Positions 55,641 to 63,564 of a stretch of 63,564 nt of DNA are shown in pieces (positions within the stretch are counted from its first letter, which is position 1; each line of letters starts with the position of its first letter). The notes beneath the pieces were generated by a model. It made no database searches, had not been told where the DNA came from, and worked only from the letters and a program-made list of their open reading frames with translations. Source of the DNA: Lama glama (Eukaryota); the NCBI GenBank assembly GCA_028534125.1, contig CM052816.1, positions 7,318,001 through 7,381,564 on the forward strand. The letters are read 5' to 3'. A program made the translations under genes and the position numbers.

Positions 55641-58600
55641 ACAAGGGTCCAATCTGATTCAACCTGAGCATTTTATTTTTCATCAGCTTCCTAGATGATC
55701 CTGATCACAGGCATATGTAAAACACTAAGGAAAAAATATATATGATCTTATTATGATGGGTATACCCCAGGCCTCACCACCTACCAGAGTTCATGGATTG
55801 GTAATACATGCAGACTAAAAGTGCTACCTGTTATTGTGAAACAATTACATTCTCTGGAATGTAGAGAAGCAGAGAAGCAGCAAATTCTCTAGATAAATGT
55901 TCTCTTCTCTGTTGCTGGAATTCCAGAAATATGAACAAAGGCACAGACTGTGTTCCTGTATGTGGTCAACAGGGAGGGAAGTGAAAATTTCTGACATCCA
56001 CATGATTTGTTTTAAAGGATATTGGATAGGACTCCATCTAATTACCACGGAAGTATATTCCAGAACTTGAGACTCCTGCCTGAGAGAATCCGGTGCTAGC
56101 ACAACCACAGAACAGCTGCTGACCTCAGCAGGCTCTGCACTGGAGCAGCTGAAGCAGCAAACACACTCACTTTCCCCCCACAACCATAAAAATCCCTCAA
56201 TGTTAGGACCAGGCAGGACTTAGAGGTGACTAGCTATGACTTCTCATTTGTAGTGAGAGAACCAAAGCCCCAGCTGGTTAACAGTTAGGGATTAGAATCC
56301 AGTATACCGGATTCCTAGTCCAGTCTTCTTTCTAACACACCAGAAATTTTCTACCCTCCCTAAAATTTCCTTCGGAACAAAACTGGGGCAGGATTAGGTC
56401 TGCAGGGGGGATTCTGCATAACAAAAAGTAAATGAGTTCAGAGACTAGCCGTGTGACCCCAATCTCCCCTTGTCTCAATTTCCTCATCTGAAAAATGTCA
56501 TTAATAACACCTACATCACAATATTGTTAAGAAGTTAGAAGGAAAAGATGCTAAATATGTTGCTTGACCCATAATGGACATTGATTAATTAATGGTAACA
56601 ACTGTGATTATTACCAGAGAGAAGTTCAAGGACAAGAAGTCAGAAGTTCAAGTCAGGAAGTCACTATACAAATAAATGCTTCAGGACTTGCTCCATTCCA
56701 TCACTCTGGAGAGCTGAGCCAGGTCTCCATTTTGGAAATAGTGATCTATGTGCCATGAACATCCCAGTAACCCATGTTACTGGGATGTAGACAGATTCCT
56801 GAACTTCACAGAAAAGGGAAGCACAGAGGAGTCTTTCCTACTAGAGAGGTCATTGAGAACTGGCTCTGGGTGACAAATCTTTCAAGACAAACGTTTGGGA
56901 GATAAAAGAAGAGACAGTACCAGATACTGCATCATGAGGTTTCTCTTTTGGCATATTCAGAATGTCCCATCCACTGGACCCTACACCCATTAAACAGAGG
57001 CTAGCTTTGTGTGCTCAGACCCAGTGAGGCCTGGCCAAAGGAAGGAGGTACAGGATTTCTCCAAGGCCTGGGTTAAGACTCAAGGTGAATTTCCTCTACG
57101 GAAAAAAGAGAAAAACTAGCCTAGGAGTTAGTGGTTAGTCACACACTTCTGGAATTAGTTATTAGGACCAGCCAACAAAAGTAGAAACCAAAGTCCATTT
57201 TTTGAGTCCAGTTCTAGGATATCGCTTCAGGACAAGGAGGAAAGAAGAAACGTATCATTACAGCAATGACTCTTTAGCATCTGACCCTGGAAGAGGTATT
57301 AAAACCTTAAAGAACTAAGACACTCACTCAGGAAGGGAGGAGGGACAATAAGAAAGAAAAAGCAGGAGTACTTTACACGAGAATTGTTACCTGAGAAAAG
57401 GAGGGAAATAAAGCATTCACAAAAACAGTCCTCTGCTCTACCTACTCCACTTCACATCCCACATGCTAAGCAGTTCAGTCCTAGAGTTTCATAGAACTTC
57501 TGAGTTAGAAGAAGACTTTTATCTAGTCCAACCCTCTACCCAAAACAACGATCTAATCTACAACATTCCCAAAATAATTGCCAGTGACAATGACCTCTAG
57601 TGACAGGGACCATCATGCTCTGTGTTACAATGTGAGAGAGCGCAAATTCTTCTAAAGTTCTTATGCTCACCCAAACCCACTTCCCTAATGGCACTTCCAT
57701 TCACTGGTCCTAGCTGTGGTCTCTGGAACATTACAAAAATAATGAATCCACCTCCTCACATTGCCTTTAAAATAGACAAAGACAGTTCTAAGCACTTCAA
57801 GCTTCCACAGGCATGAGGCTGAATGAACAGATAGATGCTTTTAAGGGAAAACAGGGACTTAAGAGTAGACGATTATAAACTGCACAATCAGAAAACAAAG
57901 GGAGAGAGACTTAATATCAACATTGGAGCAGCCTTTGTTGCATACGGCCTCCACCCCAGTCTCAGACTCAGAGCGAATGACCAAGTCTTTTGAGTCCTCT
58001 TTACTTCAAGAACATCTTCAAAGAAAATACACTCTAAATGTACAATTAAGTTAATTACTGTAGATGAGGCTCTCAACAGGAATCAAAGACAGCCTTGATT
58101 ACATTTAAAATAATAAAAGTCAAAAACATTTTCAGCTGTAAGCATTTAGCTTAGACATAATACAGAGACAGGAAGAAAGAGGAGGATTTCATGTCAACCT
58201 AAAAACAAGTAGGGAAACTGCTTCCTGGACGACTGTATTAAGCCTTGCTGCCAAGCAGATACTAATACACACGTGGTGTGGGAACCTCTCTGATTAGAAA
58301 ACAAACAGAGATGCAGAGAATGTCAGCGCAAAAGGAGTCCTTAGGGATTTTACCCATCACTATACAGACTGGGAAACCTAAACTCAAGCAAGGATGGGAG
58401 TCACCCAAGATCGCAAAGTAAGTGTCAGACCTAGAACAAAATCTCCTGATTCCCCAATTTCAGATCTTTCCAATACACCACGCTGCTATCTTCTTTCAGC
58501 AAGCCTCAAATAACTGCAAAACATCCATCCAAATATTACCAGCATTCGCCAAATCTGACAAGCTACATTAAAAATAGAGCAAAGGTCTTGCCATTCTCCA

Positions 58601-58899
58601 AGTTAATGCCAGAGCTCTCCACAGCCTCAGCTAAGAGCCACCTACCCTTCTAGGAGCATACTCCGGTTCTTATTTCATATTTTGGTTGGTATGACTTACA
58701 CAGAACTGCAGGACGGTTAGAAACAAAACCTACAGAATGATGAGTTTGCAGAAAAATCCTGAACACTGAAACAGGGAACCACACCCAGAGCCGAGCCGAG
58801 CCGGAGAATGGAGAATGCAGGAATGCACAGCTAAAAACGGAAGAGGAATGAAAGAGAAGAGGAAAGGAAAAGGATGCATTTTCACCTGTCAAGTTTTCC

Positions 58900-59100
58900 G
58901 CTGGAGGCAGTGTGGTGAAAAGCAAACAGCAGCGGGAGCTCAGGGAGACTAGAATTCTAGTCGCAGCTCTGCGACTAACTCACTGGATGACCTCAGGCAA
59001 CCCCTATCCTTTCTTGCACCTCTATTTCCCCATCACTCCTAGAAGAGGGTTGCAAAAGATAATTTCCCAGAGTCCGAGCAGTTGTGGTATTCTATGACCC
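58900..59100 (+). mobile_element. MIR SINE at the edge of the CpG island
   Basis: ggaggcagtgtggtgaaaagc...gatgacctcaggcaa...cctctatttccccatc...ttctatga. Confidence 0.7.
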
Positions 59101-59511
59101 AAGGACCCTCTATCAGCCAAGTCTCAAGCAGGGCTCTCGCAGCGAGCGGGACACCTGCCCGGCCCGTCAGGACCGACCCCGTTAGGACCTAAGCACAGCA
59201 GAAGCCCCAGCTGGTCGTTTCGGTGATCCTTCCCATCTCAGGACCTAGTCTCCACACCTGTTAAACAGGGCGGGGAGGTTAAGCGAGACAGCGCGAAGGA
59301 CAAGGGATTCTCCAGTTCTCATCCCCGGAGGAGTGTCCATACCGCACCGCAGCAGCGGCTGAGGAGCTGAGGAGCTGAGGAGACTCGGACCCGCAGCCCA
59401 GGGGGGTCTATGCCTGAGCTGGCGCATCCGCGGCAGCCGGAGGAAGGCGACGTGGGTCCGGCAGAAGGCGACGACCCGCCGTCAGCCCAGCAGCTCAGCG
59501 CGCGGACTCAC

Positions 59512-59650
59512 CGCTCGGGTTTTGGCTCCGGCTTTGGAGCTCTGGCTCCCACTTCAGCGCAGCAGCCCACCTTTCCCTGCCTCAGCGCGGAGCCCGCCTC
59601 AGCGCGGAGCCCTCCTCATGTCCACCCTCTGCCGCTCCGGCAGCCGCTTC
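59512..59650 (-). other. SLC36A1: SLC36A1 non-coding exon 1 (TSS not determinable; upper bound approximate)
   Basis: Inside the only CpG island; consensus donor CG|GTGAGT with GT at 59511-59510. Exon 2 has only 5 nt of UTR before the ATG, so an upstream exon is needed. Confidence 0.75.
59579..59612. repeat. Perfect 17-bp tandem duplication in exon 1
   Basis: gcctcagcgcggagccc at 59579-59595 and 59596-59612. Confidence 0.9.
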
Positions 59651-59658
59651 CGGACCCC

Positions 59659-59703
59659 ATCACGTGACCCCGGCGCCCAAAGCCGAACCCTGGGTCACGT
59701 GCT
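59659..59703. promoter_or_regulatory. Two CLEAR-type E-boxes (TFEB/TFE3/MITF/USF class)
   Basis: ATCACGTGAC (59659-59668) and GTCACGTGCT (59694-59703) versus consensus GTCACGTGAC, in the promoter of a lysosomal transporter. Confidence 0.8.
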
Positions 59704-60159
59704 CCCGCGCGCTGCTGCCCCTCCCCTCTGGGAAAGGCGGTGCCCCTGAGAGCGGGGACTGAGCCGGCAGTCGTTCTCGGAGCATGCGCAGCCAGCTGAG
59801 CGTCGGAGAGCGCGAGATCCCCAGAGTGCCCCGAGTTGTGGGCTTGTGAGGCACTGCTCAGTTTTACACTTGTCGTATTTTCTTTAGTACGTCTCTATGG
59901 CCATATGTTGCTTTTATAATCGAGAAATAATACATCTTTTTAAAAAATCATCACCTCATATTTTTAGACGTTCACTCAGATATTGGTGGTTGCAACCGGA
60001 AATGGGACTGTGAGGTAACTCAATATATCTTTTCAATGTATTTTAAAGATTTAGGTAACATTTTAAAATGAATGGCAACAATTCAGTATGTTTGTGGTGT
60101 ATACTCTACTCGTTCCTCCTTTTAGCAGTTTTACTTCTAAAAATTATGTGAATACTCAA

Positions 60160-60540
60160 AAAAAAAGGATGAACTATTGATACAGGTGCTAAATGGCTAA
60201 ATTCTAAAATAACTATACATGAATAAATATAAAAATAATTATGTTGAGCGAAAGAAGACAGAAAAATATTCTGTTTATATAATATTCTAGAAATTTAAAA
60301 ATAATCTACACTGACAGGAAACATCAGTGGTTTGGGATGGGGAGGTCAGGAGAGGAGAGTTACTTATTAAGGGGCATAAGGAAACTTTAAAGGTGACAAA
60401 TATGTTTATTATCTTACTCATTGTGACGGTTTCCCAGGGGAATGTATTTGTTGAATGTTATCAAATTATACACTTTAAATATGCGCAGGTTATTATATGT
60501 AAATTATACCTCAGTGAAGCGGTTAAAATATTCAGTAAAA
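60160..60540 (+). mobile_element. L1M 3' end fragment
   Basis: ggatgaactattgatac...ttatgttgagcgaaagaagacag...tacactttaaatatg...aaattatacctc. Confidence 0.8.
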
Positions 60541-61729
60541 ATTATATGATACCTTAACATATTCTTATTAGAAATGTTAGACAATATGTAAGTACATAAA
60601 CCGTGAAAATTAACCCTTCTCCCAAATTAACTATCCTCCCCATAGATTTAGTTACCAGCATGTGAGTATTGTCCTCTAAACCCTATGCTATGTATTTATA
60701 GAAATATTTATATATAGACATGCACAGATGTATTAAGATGTAGAATCATAAATACCAGTGTTTATTGTTTTGCTTAAGAATTTAATCTTCACTATTCATA
60801 CTGTTTAAATTGGTTCATAAACATTTATTACTTTTTGTAATATATTACATTATGTTTAAAATCTATCTGGTTTATAACCTATATGTATGTTTTTAAAAAC
60901 CTACTCCAGTTGGTTCATTTCACCAGGGAAAGAGAAAAAGATGTAGATTCATGCTCCGTTTAGAATATGAAGACAGTGACTTCATCCCATCCTGGAAGAA
61001 CCACCCGACTTCCCCCAGCTCAGTTCATTGGCTACTCAGTGCCAGGAGCTATACTTAGAATGCTACTGAGCCCAAGTCAAGAAATGTCCCCTTTAGGTCA
61101 CCTCCTGGACTCAGATTTCACTGATTCTATGGCTCCTGCCAATGTTTCACCCAGGAAAGCCAAAGCTTATGAGAATCACAGCTCCTGGTTGGAATTACTG
61201 ATCAAGTGGGAATTTGTCTTCCCCATCTGTACCTGGGATGCATTGACTTTCAGTAAGGTTTTCCTTCTACCTGACCACCACACCCTTATTAGAGAGACCC
61301 ATCAAAAAAAGGCTGCACTGTTTTAAGATACTGTTAGGACTCTATCTACCTTATCATTATGCAGTCTTAATTAGAAAGTAGCACACAGTAATGTTTAATC
61401 TTTCTCAATATGCAAATCTCCACTTCTGCTTCCACTGTTTACTCAGAAATGTCAAGATTTCCAGTACAAAATGGATGTGTAAATAAGCATTTTGATTCTT
61501 TTGCTCTTAGAAACTATACAAAAGCAAAAAGGAAAAAAGCTCTGCAAATTCTATTTACAGCAAAGCCAGAAGATAAAGAGAATCTACAGATACCAAGACA
61601 AACAACAAAAACTCTCCTAAATCTGGTTTGGATAAGGAAAGGGGAGATGATGAGGATGACAGAGAAATTTGCACAGATGAGCCAAATTTGCAGCAGTCCA
61701 TCTGTGGCAACAGAAAAGAAGAGACTGGA

Positions 61730-62530
61730 AATACATGTGTTGATAAGTATGTGAGGCAACCAGGATTCTCATCCATTGCTGGTGGGAGCGTGCAATGATG
61801 CAACCACTTTGGAAAACTTTGGCAGTTTTTAATAAAGTTAAACACATACCTATCCCATGGTGGAGCAATTTCACTCTTAAGTATTTACCCAAGAATATAG
61901 AAACATATATGTAGTGGGCTGAGGGCCTGGTGCCTTGGGAAAATTTAAGGAGGGACTCACTCTTAGGGTTGTGCAAGTACTGGGTTGGCATTTATATGTA
62001 TACAAAAGCAAGTGTGTTCTTAAATTTTGTGACCTAGGCTTCCTGCCTTGCCTGACCCTAGTCTTAGCTCTAATCCACACAAAGACTTGTACTTACCTGT
62101 TCACAGCAAACAGCTTAATAAAGCTAAATTAGTAACAACTCAAATATTTATCAATAGGTGAATTGGTAAACAAATTGTGGCATATATAGCAGGAAGGAGC
62201 TACTGATACATGCAAAAACATGGATGAATCTCATTATGCTAAGTAAAAAAAAAAAAGCCAGACACAAAAAACTACATACTATGTGATGCAGTTTACATAA
62301 ATCTATAGAATGAGCAAAAACTAATCTAGTGACAGAAGGCTAATCAGTGATTGCTTGGGACGTGTAGGATGGGGGTTGACAGCAAAGGAACACAAGAGAA
62401 CTTTTTGAGGTGGTGTATCTTGATTGGGATGATGGCTTCATAGGCTTATATGTTTGTCAAAACCATTACCTAACCAATTAAAATATGTGAACTTTATTCT
62501 GTTTAAAATCTTAGTTTAAAATTTTTAAGG
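61730..62530 (+). mobile_element. L1M 3' fragment interrupted by a MER96-like hAT element (~61915-62072)
   Basis: caaccactttggaaaac and atggatgaatctc flank an insert containing aaatttaaggagg...cttaaattttgtg...tgcctgaccctagtc. Confidence 0.7.
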
Positions 62531-62637
62531 AGATTACCAGACATCTGAGAAAAGCTTCTAAGGTAAAAGTTAAAAGGTTAATCAATTGGACAAACACATG
62601 TAAGCACCTTGGAAGAAACTACACAAAACATAAGAGT

Positions 62638-62826
62638 ACAGATTGTGGTCCCTGGACCAGTAGTATCAGCATAACCTGGAAACTTATTGGAAAGACACAT
62701 TCTGGAGTTCCACTCCACATTTACTTACTGCATCAGAAATTCCAGGAGTGGGGCCCAGCAGTCTCTGTTTCAACAGCCCCTCCAGGTAATTCTGATGCCC
62801 CTTCATGTTGGAGAACCACTGCCCTA
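62638..62826. mobile_element. MER5A hAT element
   Basis: tgtggtccctggaccag...catcagaaatt...ggggcccagcagtctctgttttcaacagcccctccaggtaattctgatgc...gagaaccactg. Confidence 0.85.
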
Positions 62827-63024
62827 AGTATCCTCAGAGAGGCAGGGCATTGCAGTCATGAAATAAAAACAATGTGCTTTAAAAAAGAATATCTTGAGAA
62901 AAAATTGAAATATAAATTTTATATTTTAGAATTAATTTTAAATTAAATTAAAATTTGGAAATCTAAAATATAACAGAAATTAAGACTCAAATAGAAGAGT
63001 AAGAGGATAAAGATAAGGAAATGT

Positions 63025-63564
63025 GTTCATTTTTTCATTAATAATTATTTACTGAGTATCTTTGTGCCAGGTTGTAGGAATACAACAGATGACAAAATAG
63101 ACAAGAATCATTGCTCTTGTGAAGCTTATATTTTAGTGGGAGGAGACAGACAACAAAAATAACTAAGAATAAGTAGCAGGTGTATCTGCTATGGAGAAAA
63201 ATAAATCAGGAATATGGAAGAGGCAGTCTAGGGGCAGAGGGAAGGGGTTGCAATCTTTTTAAATAATCAAGGAATCGCTCGCTGAGAAAGTGATAGGTAA
63301 ATAAAGGCCTGAAGTAGGTGAAGAAACATGCCTCGTGAACTTCTCTGGGGAGAGCATTCTAGGCAGAGGGAATAGCATGTGCCATGTGGTGGGAGTGTGC
63401 CTTGCCTATTTGAAGAAAGACAAGGTCGTCAATGTGGCTGGAGCAGAAAGAGCTAAGGGAAGAGAAATACGTCAGGTCAGAGCAGTGACAAGTGGGTGAA
63501 AATTATACAGCGTTCTGTGAGCCACTTTCTTAAGGCTTTTATTCTGAGTGATACGGGAAGATAT
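63025..63564 (-). mobile_element. L2 3' end
   Basis: ttcatt...tatttactgagtatc...tgtgccagg...gaagcttatattttagtggg...ggagagcattctaggcagagggaatagc. Confidence 0.85.

Larger units (their letters stand above)
59130..59850. promoter_or_regulatory. CpG island / SLC36A1 promoter
   Basis: Sharp rise in GC and CpG density relative to the flanks; contains an ETS motif (GCTTCCGG 59646-59653), two CACGTG E-boxes and an NRF1-like GCATGCGCA (59782-59790). Confidence 0.9.

Overview
Mammalian genomic DNA, probably a camelid (four tRNA-derived SINEs resembling Vic-1; no Alu or Bov-type SINEs noticed), carrying two convergent genes. On the + strand are the last four coding exons of the atypical cadherin FAT2 (laminin-G, two EGF repeats, TM helix, cytoplasmic tail; stop at 7189; poly(A) signal at 8570). 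On the - strand is the complete proton-coupled amino acid transporter SLC36A1/PAT1: CpG-island promoter with two CLEAR-type E-boxes near 59.7 kb, a non-coding exon 1, ten coding exons summing to 1431 nt (476 aa plus stop) with all GT-AG junctions in phase, and a ~4.1 kb 3'UTR ending near 16.2 kb. The rest is intron or intergenic DNA with L1, L2, MIR, CR1, hAT and MLT2 relics. I found no convincing new multi-gene system. The best leads are small: three PPxY motifs and a WIRS motif in the FAT2 tail, a paired inverted CLEAR element, a uORF and a possible N-terminal extension for SLC36A1, perfect DNA palindromes in intron 1, and an inverted L1 insertion. Repeat family names come from recalled consensus sequences and most repeat boundaries are approximate.
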